A DNA stretch of 15,669 nt. It comes from Candidatus Thorarchaeota archaeon. Lineage in GTDB: Archaea > Asgardarchaeota > Thorarchaeia > Thorarchaeales > Thorarchaeaceae. The notes under the pieces are model-generated. The model was not told where the DNA came from. It saw only the letters and a list, made by a program, of their open reading frames with translations, and ran no database searches. The stretch is from assembly GCA_016839445.1 (NCBI GenBank), contig JAEOUG010000062.1:1-15669 (forward strand), in the 5' to 3' direction. Positions 1 through 7,442 of this stretch are shown here, in pieces (position 1 is the stretch's first letter; every line of letters begins with the position of its first letter). The translations under genes and the position numbers were made by a program.

Positions 1-120
1 CTGTATATGGAGTCCTCCGCAAAGACTGGCGAAGGTGTGGCTGACATGTTCACAGTGCTGGCTGAAGTGATGTGGCGGGAAGCCCGCCGGCACATGGAAC
101 AGAAGAAGAGCGAGATGTAG
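1..120 (+). CDS. C-terminal fragment of a Ras-superfamily (Rab-like) small GTPase, 5' truncated by the window
   Basis: Not in the ORF track. Frame 1 translates LYMESSAKTGEGVADMFTVLAEVMWREARRHMEQKKSEM* (TAG 118-120). ESSAKTGEGV..MF..LA matches the G5 box (ETSAK) plus helix alpha5 of Rab/Ras GTPases. Confidence 0.85.
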   Translation: MYMESSAKTGEGVADMFTVLAEVMWREARRHMEQKKSEM

Positions 121-121
121 A

Positions 122-529
122 CTAGCTCGCCCGCCAGCATGGAAGTCCTATTCTTCCCTTGACCCAGTTGTGCCCGCTGGATTCTACCTGCCCCGAACGA
201 CCAGGATTCGTGCAGTGGCACCACCACGATCCTCCAACCTTCCTTATGGCGGAGCAGTAGTAGCAGTCCTGGCATGCCTTGACCTTCTGCATCTTCTCTG
301 ACCTGACAGGCTTCTCTCTGACTTCCGAGGGTGTATCAGGCGGCGAGTCCTTTCTGTATCTGTTTATTGTCTTACGCGCCTCTTTCTTCATGAGCTTTGC
401 CTGGTACTCCTCTGTCCATGGATCTTCCGCAGGTCGGGTCTCCACTTCTGAAGATGGGTCCAGCAATGCATCAAGCAATTCCTCAACCGTCGTCTCTCTA
501 AGTGTGTCTCTCTTCTCTGACTTGCCCAA
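122..529 (-). CDS. Hypothetical protein with a charged N-terminus and a C-terminal Cys-rich putative metal-binding domain
   Basis: 135-aa ORF with a TTG start. It fills the gap between the GTPase stop and iorB. It carries CQDCYYC...WWCHC...LPCW, and a TATA-like TATATA lies upstream at 576-581. Confidence 0.7.
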   Translation of the reverse strand: MGKSEKRDTLRETTVEELLDALLDPSSEVETRPAEDPWTEEYQAKLMKKEARKTINRYRKDSPPDTPSEVREKPVRSEKMQKVKACQDCYYCSAIRKVGGSWWCHCTNPGRSGQVESSGHNWVKGRIGLPCWRAS

Positions 530-575
530 ATGAGCGACGCCCCTTTACCCTCTGGGCGATTCTGAGCTTATCCCC

Positions 576-581
576 TATATA
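576..581 (-). promoter_or_regulatory. Candidate archaeal TATA box for the 122..529 gene
   Basis: TATATA in the 530-605 intergenic gap, about 47 nt upstream of the TTG start. Confidence 0.35.
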
Positions 582-605
582 GCGTTTCTGGGGCACGGCA
601 TGCAT

Positions 606-1235
606 CTATATCGTGAAGGGGCCGACGGGAGTGACCTTCTTGGCGTCTCGCAATCCCATCTCGAAAGCGTCGATATTCACCTGACCACCTACAACCCTCG
701 CTACAGCCGTGCGAAGTGAATCGACTTGGAAGGGCTCTTGGACTATCCCGGACATCACCCCAACCATGTATACGTTGAGTGCACGACTTGACTGAAGCTC
801 TTGGAGCGCCTCGCCTGTCTGGACTGGATACACCAAGGCTGATTCATGCCTGCACAGTAGAGACAGGTGCCTGACATACACATCGAAAGAGGAATACTTG
901 TGTCGTCCCTCGTTGATCTCTTGTGTGGGCACAGCGATGTCTGCCACGACGACGGTCGTCTTCTCAGATGCCAGTCTGGCCGCTGCCCGGTACGTCTCCA
1001 TGGTCTCCAGTCCAAGGAGGATGTCTGTATCATGTGCAGGGATCAGAGGCCCCCAATCCTTTGACCCTATCCTGATGTGAGTTGTGACGCTTCCTCCCCT
1101 GCGTGATGCTCCGAAGGTATCACCCACCACAGGTCGTAGTCCGTCGAGAGCGGCCGCTTCTGCAAGAATGCGACCGCAGACGATATTGCCCTGTCCCCCC
1201 ACTCCTGCGACAAGGATGTTCAGCGGGTCTCTCAC
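606..1235 (-). CDS. iorB: Indolepyruvate:ferredoxin oxidoreductase beta subunit
   Basis: ILVAGVGGQG and FGASRRGGSVTTHIRIG motifs, plus N..MVG and N..AFEMG near the C-terminus. The GTG start overlaps the iorA stop (GTGA). Confidence 0.9.
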   Translation of the reverse strand: MRDPLNILVAGVGGQGNIVCGRILAEAAALDGLRPVVGDTFGASRRGGSVTTHIRIGSKDWGPLIPAHDTDILLGLETMETYRAAARLASEKTTVVVADIAVPTQEINEGRHKYSSFDVYVRHLSLLCRHESALVYPVQTGEALQELQSSRALNVYMVGVMSGIVQEPFQVDSLRTAVARVVGGQVNIDAFEMGLRDAKKVTPVGPFTI

Positions 1236-3160
1236 CTGTAATCACCTTTGATTGCGCCATGTGGACAGACAGCGATGCACGCCCCGCATAGAACGCATTG
1301 ATGTTCAAGAATCACTGGTCGTTTGCTGACGTAGTCCCACGATATAGCAGGACATCCGAACTCCCTCACGCAAATCTGACATGAATCCCCTCTGCACTTC
1401 TCTTCATCAACAGTGACCTCCATGTGCTTTGCTGTTGGCGTTCGTTTCTTCTCTTCAAGCCGGCAAACGCTGTCCAGAATCAGCACCTTCAGGCCCTTCT
1501 TATTCACCACTGAATCCAACAGATTCACCAGGTCTCCAAGGTCCCCTGCATCTCCTCTCTCAAAGTGGTCCGGGCCAATCGCCCTGATTATCTCGGCGAT
1601 GTCGACGGAAGTGTGATCTTGATGTTGTGTCCTGGAGCCAGGATGCGCTTGGAAGCCAGTCATGGCAGTAGTGGCGTTGTCTAGGATGACGAATGTCACC
1701 TTCGCGTTCTTGTGTCGGCAGTTGACAAGGGCTGGAATGCAGGCATGGAAGAAAGTTGAGTCGCCGGCAACTGCTAGAACCTTCTGCTCGAAGCCGAATC
1801 TTTCAAGCTGCCCAAGGCCGCTGGCCACACCAAGCCCTGACCCCATTGCCTGCATGGTCTCCATCGACTCGTCGTAGAAGACTCCCAGACTATAGCATCC
1901 GATGTCTCCTACCACAGTTAGAGCCCCCTTGAGTCGCCGCTTCAGCAGCTTGATGGCGTAGTAGAAGTTCCTGTGTGTACATCCGGCACAGAAGGTGAGG
2001 CTCCTCTCGCTCAGGAGGAAGGGCTTCGGCGCAGGTCGTACGATGAGGGTCTTGTTTGCCTTCAGTACGTTCTCGTGCTCTAGGATTGCCTTGGCCCTGT
2101 CCGTATTCATCTCGCCTCCGGGCCTACTCTCTCCGCTTCGAACACCATACATCCTCGCACTCCCGCTAATCGTGCTGCTCAGGGCTCTGATCTCATCCTC
2201 AATGAAGGGTTCGCTCTCTTCAACAAAGACGACCTTCTTGTATGTCGCGAGAGCCTTTGATACCGTGTTCCTGGGAAGGGGATATGTGGTGACTACGCCC
2301 AGTATGGCTGCCTTCCAGTGCTTCAGTCGGACCAGTGCCTCTCCCACGTATCTTGTGGACACTCCACTAGAGATAACGAGGGTGTCCGCTAGTTCATCTC
2401 CCCCCATCTTGTTCCAATCTGATTCATCAAAGACCTTGGCCACTTCCTCCATCTTGGCCAGCAAATCTCGGTGCTTTCCTGTTGGATTCGGGACATTGTA
2501 GAGACCCTTGGGTATTGCTTCAGCTTTCTTCTTCCCGACTTGTATCGTTCCGATGCGGACTAGGCCCCTAGAGTGGCTCAGTCTGGTTGTGCTTCGAACC
2601 ATCACCGGTATCTCGAACCGCTTTGAGATCTCGAATGCGAAGACAACGACGTCCTTGGCCTCCTGATATGTTGAGGGTTCAAGCAGTGGAATCTGTGCTG
2701 CCTTGGCATAGAAACGAGAGTCCTGTTCGTTGCTGGAGCTGTGTCCCATCGGATCGTCACACACTACAATGACAAGCCCTCCAGGTCCACTTCCTGTGAG
2801 ATTCAGGTTCAGCAGAAAGTCTGAAGCAACATTGAGTCCGAGTGACTTCATTGGACAGATGGCTGGGATTCCGGCCCAGCTGGCTCCTGCTGACGCCTCA
2901 AGGGCAACCTTTTCGTTTGTGGACCACTCAACATAGATATCCCCTCTCTCCGTGGCCCTCTCCATTAGAGCCTCGGTTATCTCAGTTGAGGGTGTGCCTG
3001 GATACGATGCACAGTACCTCACGCCTGCCTCAAGAGCTCCTCTGGCGATGGCTTCGTTGCCACTCATGAGGACTTCCGGACTGTCTTCCATGTGATGCTC
3101 GTGTATCTCCACTAGTTCCATCACAAAACCCTTTCGACTCGATGTCCGCATTTCAGACAC
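1232..3160 (-). CDS. iorA: Indolepyruvate:ferredoxin oxidoreductase alpha subunit (true start may be ATG 3151 or 3121)
   Basis: MSGNEAIARGA, YPGTPSTEI, EWSTNEKVA, SSNEQDSR, FCAGCTHR, GDIGC, the TPP motif GDSTFFH...LDN, and a C-terminal ferredoxin domain (CxxxxCxxC...CP and CVLCGACIAVCP). Confidence 0.95.
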   Translation of the reverse strand: MSEMRTSSRKGFVMELVEIHEHHMEDSPEVLMSGNEAIARGALEAGVRYCASYPGTPSTEITEALMERATERGDIYVEWSTNEKVALEASAGASWAGIPAICPMKSLGLNVASDFLLNLNLTGSGPGGLVIVVCDDPMGHSSSNEQDSRFYAKAAQIPLLEPSTYQEAKDVVVFAFEISKRFEIPVMVRSTTRLSHSRGLVRIGTIQVGKKKAEAIPKGLYNVPNPTGKHRDLLAKMEEVAKVFDESDWNKMGGDELADTLVISSGVSTRYVGEALVRLKHWKAAILGVVTTYPLPRNTVSKALATYKKVVFVEESEPFIEDEIRALSSTISGSARMYGVRSGESRPGGEMNTDRAKAILEHENVLKANKTLIVRPAPKPFLLSERSLTFCAGCTHRNFYYAIKLLKRRLKGALTVVGDIGCYSLGVFYDESMETMQAMGSGLGVASGLGQLERFGFEQKVLAVAGDSTFFHACIPALVNCRHKNAKVTFVILDNATTAMTGFQAHPGSRTQHQDHTSVDIAEIIRAIGPDHFERGDAGDLGDLVNLLDSVVNKKGLKVLILDSVCRLEEKKRTPTAKHMEVTVDEEKCRGDSCQICVREFGCPAISWDYVSKRPVILEHQCVLCGACIAVCPHGAIKGDYR

Positions 3161-3163
3161 TAC

Positions 3164-3180
3164 GAATAAGAAAATTAAGG
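3164..3180. promoter_or_regulatory. Candidate divergent BRE/TATA promoter region for iorA and the DHH gene
   Basis: AT-rich gaataagaaaattaagg in the 40-bp divergent gap. TTAA (3175-3178) lies about 25 nt from both GTG 3201 and ATG 3151. Confidence 0.4.
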
Positions 3181-3200
3181 GGTATCGCTATCGAAATCAA

Positions 3201-4277
3201 GTGGGCAACATGCCTGAGACCGGTGAAGAGAAAGCTAAGAGAGTGACCTCAGTCCTATCGATATCACACGACAAGGACGTCGACGGTCTTGCATCAGCTG
3301 CCATCGTTTGGAGGTATGCCAATTCTAAGGGCCTCGACTACAACTCACTGCTGACTGATTACGGTGCATTTGAGCCCGCCTTCGGAAGCGCTGCGACGCG
3401 CCGTGATACGTTGATTATCATCACTGATCTCGGGATGGACGAGACTGTTCTGGATGTGGTCACTGCCGGCCTCGACCGCGCAGTCAAGCAGGGATGCAGA
3501 GTTGTCTGGCTTGATCATCACCACTGGTCAAAGAGGTCTATTGACGCAATACGGAATCTAGGAAACAACCCTGTTCTGAAAGTCAACCACGACTACTGCG
3601 CCGCAGAGATTACCCAGAAGGTTCTGATGCCGCGTGACGAGATAAGCAGAGAACTAGCGGAGATAGCGCATGACACCGACTTCAATCTCAGAGAGATCCA
3701 GGCAGCGAGCGCACTCACCGATGCAGTGTCTGTGATTCGGTTCAACGCAATTGACAGAAAGGAGGACGTCACCGAGGCACTCCGTCCAATGGTAGAACAT
3801 CTTGCCAAGGAGGGAGTCCCCGGAGTCTATGACCGAAACGCGGGTCGGTTCAAAGATGCACTGATTCAGAAGCGAGTGGAACACTACCGAAAGGAGAAGA
3901 TCAAGAAGATGAGAAAGGCCCTCTCTGGACACTGTGACCAAGAGATTCACGGTCGGCTCGTACGAGTGGTTGAGATACCAAGCGGCTTGACATCCACGGA
4001 CATGGGTACCTTCGCTGCAAAACAGGAGAACTTGCGTATTGAAGATGCGCAGATTCCGGTCGCAGATCTTCTCTTGATGCTGAGTCCCGGAGGCATGCTT
4101 GGAATACGGAGAGGTTCTGAACGTGTCCTGTGCAACTCTGTGGCCAAGCTCTTCAACGGAGGAGGACATCCCTATGCGGCAGGTGGGGAGTACGGGCTCT
4201 ACGAGGACTTCAGTGCAGTCTGCGACGACATCTTCCTTACTCTTTCGAAGGACATGTCCTGGCTAGCAGACTCCTAG
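3201..4277 (+). CDS. DHH/DHHA1-family phosphoesterase (NrnA/RecJ-like); start GTG 3201 or ATG 3210
   Basis: HDKDVDG (motif I), IITDLG (motif II), WLDHHH (DHH), D in HDTD (motif IV), and the C-terminal DHHA1 motif GGGHPYAAG. Confidence 0.9.
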   Translation: MGNMPETGEEKAKRVTSVLSISHDKDVDGLASAAIVWRYANSKGLDYNSLLTDYGAFEPAFGSAATRRDTLIIITDLGMDETVLDVVTAGLDRAVKQGCRVVWLDHHHWSKRSIDAIRNLGNNPVLKVNHDYCAAEITQKVLMPRDEISRELAEIAHDTDFNLREIQAASALTDAVSVIRFNAIDRKEDVTEALRPMVEHLAKEGVPGVYDRNAGRFKDALIQKRVEHYRKEKIKKMRKALSGHCDQEIHGRLVRVVEIPSGLTSTDMGTFAAKQENLRIEDAQIPVADLLLMLSPGGMLGIRRGSERVLCNSVAKLFNGGGHPYAAGGEYGLYEDFSAVCDDIFLTLSKDMSWLADS

Positions 4278-5236
4278 ACTGGCTCCTGTTTACTTACCAT
4301 GCTGGCGACCATCTCAATGACATCAGTGCCTGTTTCATAGAGCCTGTCAAAGGTCCTTATCGCGTCGTCAATCAGGCCTGGGTTGTCTTTTCTGTATACT
4401 AGGGCCGCCACATCCGATGACATTGCATGAGTCAGATACAACAACATCTTCTCGTCGTTCAGACTGACCATTCTGTACGTCTTGACTGGTTGGGAACCGA
4501 GTCTGAGCCCTAGATTCCCGGTTGCAAGTCCCTTGATGAAGTCCTTGCCTACAGTACTCACATGGTTCGCCATTAGCTTCAGGTCGGGAGCAGACCTCGA
4601 TTGAGGAATCAGCAGCCCAAGCACTTTGGTCCCATTGAAGGCAACCTGCATTATGGTATCTTCTGTGATTCCACTTGGTCCCAGTCCCTCCGCGATTGTG
4701 CTGAGGAATGCCAACACTCTGACAGTATCACCGGGTTTGGCGCAGTCTGCAATCTCACGAATAAGCGTCTGGCGCACGTTCTGAATTCCCTCAATCATAA
4801 TGGAGCTGTCCGATGTTCTTGTTCCACTCAGTTCGTTCGCCAGCATAATCGCCGTCTCTGAGCTATTGACACTCTTGAGACTCTCAAGATTCTGTCTGAC
4901 ATTTTCCTTCTCCTTCTTCAGACTCACCAGTTTCTCTTCGATCATTCGCTCCATGGTCTTTGCTAGTTCGCCCTCATTCAGGCTGAAGCGTTTCGGATGG
5001 TGGATCGCATCGACCTGAATTAGACCATCGCTCTCCAAGGCCTTAAGGCACCGGTAAATGTAGGCCTTTGTGAACGAGCTGTCCGCAAGCTCATTGATGT
5101 GCGACCTGAGATCACTGTAGATGGTATGAGTTCTGCCACCTTCTGTGGCCTGCACTACTGCTTGGAAGACCAAGAACTCATTCGACCCGGTGTCGAGACC
5201 TATAATCTCCAGAAGCCTCCGCTCGTTCTCCTTCAC
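4274..5236 (-). CDS. TrmB-like transcriptional regulator, paralog 3 (wHTH, coiled coil, PLD-like effector domain)
   Basis: wHTH TKAYIYRCLKALESDGLI followed by a coiled coil. The C-terminal TYRMVSLNDEKMLL...RKDNPGLIDDAIRTFD is shared with both upstream genes. GTG start overlaps the previous stop, with GGAGG upstream. Confidence 0.75.
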   Translation of the reverse strand: MKENERRLLEIIGLDTGSNEFLVFQAVVQATEGGRTHTIYSDLRSHINELADSSFTKAYIYRCLKALESDGLIQVDAIHHPKRFSLNEGELAKTMERMIEEKLVSLKKEKENVRQNLESLKSVNSSETAIMLANELSGTRTSDSSIMIEGIQNVRQTLIREIADCAKPGDTVRVLAFLSTIAEGLGPSGITEDTIMQVAFNGTKVLGLLIPQSRSAPDLKLMANHVSTVGKDFIKGLATGNLGLRLGSQPVKTYRMVSLNDEKMLLYLTHAMSSDVAALVYRKDNPGLIDDAIRTFDRLYETGTDVIEMVASMVSKQEPV

Positions 5237-6165
5237 TTGAACTTCCCTCCGTACTCATTGATGTCAACGCCCTCTTGGAAGTCCGCATCGAAGGTTTCTA
5301 TGGCGTTGTCTACGAGTTCCGGGTTCACTGATCTAGGGACCCATGTCGCAGAGAGGGGGTTCTCAGACAGGATGAGCACAATGCCTTCGTCATTCCGCCC
5401 CACGAACTGGTACGTGTTGTCTTTCCTATGCCTAACTCTGAATTCCGGATTGAATCCCGCTTCGAGGTAGGAGTTCGTTATTCTCTGGTATCCGGAGATT
5501 TTCGTCTTGGTCAGCTTCCGGTGCTCCAGAGCTCTGAACCTGACTCCCTTCTCCATTAGATGTCCAATCCTGTCAAGTCTCCTAGCTCTCACACCGTCAG
5601 GATGATCAATCCACTCAAGCGTGTATCTGACTGTGTCATTCCTCTTCAGGTTCCAGTATATTGTCTCGTCTATGAGTCGTAGGACATCCTCCAGCCCCTG
5701 TGCGAACCTTGGCTTCTCCGCTTGCCTCCCCCCAACTGCCATCGCTAGCAGAGCGCGGGCTAGGGCAGTTGCCTCAACTGAGCCTATGGCTGCAATGAAT
5801 CGATTCGTTTCCTCATCCCTAGCAAGGAGTTCTTTCACCTTCTCTTCGATACTCCTCTCTATTCCCACCTGAATCTGCTGAGGGTTGGAGCGATAGCGAT
5901 GACGTCTGCCATCCTCTTCTATCTCGATGAATCCTCTACTCTCAAGGTTGGAGAGACTCCTATAGATGAGGGGATCCTTTCCCTTTCGTCCTCCTTCCTC
6001 TATGGCCAGCTGCCCTCGTATGGTTTCGAAATCCACGAAGTCGTTTGGTTCTCTCTGGGCTTTCAACAACGCCGCGAGAACCGTCATATCCTTACTGCTT
6101 GCATCCAGACCTATGGCCTGGATGGTCTTCTCATATCTTGCACGCCTCAATGCCCTTCTCCCCAT
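5233..6165 (-). CDS. TrmB-like transcriptional regulator, paralog 2
   Basis: wHTH PLIYRSLSNLESRGFI and wing GRRHRY. C-terminal TYQFVGRNDEGIVLILSENPLSATW.PRSVNPELVDNAIETFD. Confidence 0.75.
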   Translation of the reverse strand: MGRRALRRARYEKTIQAIGLDASSKDMTVLAALLKAQREPNDFVDFETIRGQLAIEEGGRKGKDPLIYRSLSNLESRGFIEIEEDGRRHRYRSNPQQIQVGIERSIEEKVKELLARDEETNRFIAAIGSVEATALARALLAMAVGGRQAEKPRFAQGLEDVLRLIDETIYWNLKRNDTVRYTLEWIDHPDGVRARRLDRIGHLMEKGVRFRALEHRKLTKTKISGYQRITNSYLEAGFNPEFRVRHRKDNTYQFVGRNDEGIVLILSENPLSATWVPRSVNPELVDNAIETFDADFQEGVDINEYGGKFK

Positions 6166-6184
6166 CTTCCTTCATTCTGCCCAC

Positions 6185-7207
6185 TCACTCTCTGTCAAAG
6201 AGCCTGCTAATAGGTCCTCCGGGTTCACTTCCCAGTGCTGGCAGGTCCTCGGGTGTCAGTTCTAGGAATGATCTTGCTGAGTCCCATGACTTGTCAAATG
6301 ACGCGACTGCATTATCAATCAGGTCCGGATTGAAATCCCGAGTAATCCACGTAGCAGTAACAGGATCTTCTGCGATAATGAGAACCATGTTTTCGCGATT
6401 GAAGCTTACCTGATTGTAGGTCTTCTCTCCTGAGTAGAGCCTAACATCGAACCGCACACCCTCTTGCTTCAGCTTCACAATGCTCTGAAACAAGCCCTTC
6501 AGGGCATCAATGTTGAGGCGCGTGTCCATTGTATCCTCCATGCCGAACACATCGGTACTTACGAGATACCGGACATCAGCCCCTCTCTGCGCCGCTCTGA
6601 CGAATCTAATGGTTCTATCCTTGGTGAGTTCGTCAATGAATGGCCCCACCCACAGCACGGTTGCCCTGATCATGTCTCCCTCTTCAGCCACATCCAGCAT
6701 GTTGTAACGGAGCACGCGATGCAGTTCTTCCTTCCCTCGAATCACTCTTGAGCTAATCCTCTGTTCCTTACCCTGAACTTCCTCCGCAAGCTCCTGAGCC
6801 ATCTGGCCGCAGTCTATTCCTCCTATCATCTCCGCCGCTCTTCTCTGAGCCTCCCGCTCTTGCTCGATCTCTTTCATCTTCTGAGCCTTTGCTCTCTCGA
6901 ACCCCGCCATCAGGGTGTTGACATCTGCAATGTAGCGCTTCCTTCGACCATCAGGGTTCTCAAGCCGCACTAGCTGTGACTCGACCAGGTTCTTGAGCAC
7001 TCGATGAACCCACGCCTTCGTGATCTTGGTAGTTGGGTCTTCCTTCACGACCTGCTCGTAGATTTCGCCAAACTCTAACGCAATAGGCGGGTCCTTCTGA
7101 AGCCTCAGGATTGATTTGAGAACACTAAACAGGCGTGACTGCTGTCGCCCTGCTGTAGTCAAGCCGAATATCTCCAGTGCGGTCTTGAGGTCAATCTTCT
7201 TGCTCAA
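6185..7207 (-). CDS. TrmB-like transcriptional regulator, paralog 1
   Basis: wHTH TKAWVHRVLKNLVESQLV and wing GRRKRY, a coiled coil, then A..RGADVRYL and TYNQVSFNRENMVLIIAEDPVTATWITRDFNPDLIDNAVASFD. TTG start with a GGAGG SD-like motif upstream. Confidence 0.78.
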   Translation of the reverse strand: MSKKIDLKTALEIFGLTTAGRQQSRLFSVLKSILRLQKDPPIALEFGEIYEQVVKEDPTTKITKAWVHRVLKNLVESQLVRLENPDGRRKRYIADVNTLMAGFERAKAQKMKEIEQEREAQRRAAEMIGGIDCGQMAQELAEEVQGKEQRISSRVIRGKEELHRVLRYNMLDVAEEGDMIRATVLWVGPFIDELTKDRTIRFVRAAQRGADVRYLVSTDVFGMEDTMDTRLNIDALKGLFQSIVKLKQEGVRFDVRLYSGEKTYNQVSFNRENMVLIIAEDPVTATWITRDFNPDLIDNAVASFDKSWDSARSFLELTPEDLPALGSEPGGPISRLFDRE

Positions 7208-7272
7208 ATGCAGTCCTCCAGAGAGTCATCATGCAGTTTACTAACTTCATGACTGGTTACTATCTTGCTGAC

Positions 7273-7279
7273 TTATATA
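7273..7279. promoter_or_regulatory. Candidate TATA box (TTATATA on +, TATATAA on -) upstream of the regulator triplet
   Basis: Best TATA-like element in the 7208-7442 gap. It is about 65 nt upstream of the 7207 start on the - strand and about 23 nt upstream of the hairpin array on the + strand. Confidence 0.5.
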
Positions 7280-7301
7280 GAGTGTTAATCACTAGTACTT
7301 C

Positions 7302-7439
7302 TAGCAATGGTCAAGAACCGTTGCTACTCCGTGTGGATGCACTTAGGATCCACTGGGGCATGTTATGGGCATGCTGGTGGTTCTCCACCGCTACGAAGCA
7401 GGTGGGTGCGGGGGGGCGTCCCCCTGCTTCAAATCCTGC
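7302..7439 (+). other. Run of five consecutive stem-loops; candidate structured RNA or terminator region
   Basis: Stems at 7302-7311/7317-7326, 7333-7338/7348-7353, 7358-7362/7370-7374, 7376-7380/7385-7389 and 7408-7415/7420-7427. An alternative stem pairs 7395-7402 with 7423-7430. Confidence 0.4.
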
Positions 7440-7442
7440 ATT

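Noticed and set aside
97-120. GTPase tail KKSEM as a CaaX prenylation signal
   Set aside because: No cysteine is present.
4274-7207. The triplet as PLD-type nucleases or a defence system (HRK in paralog 2)
   Set aside because: No HxKxxxxD motif. HRK is not conserved in the other two paralogs, and the equivalent position reads TYx.
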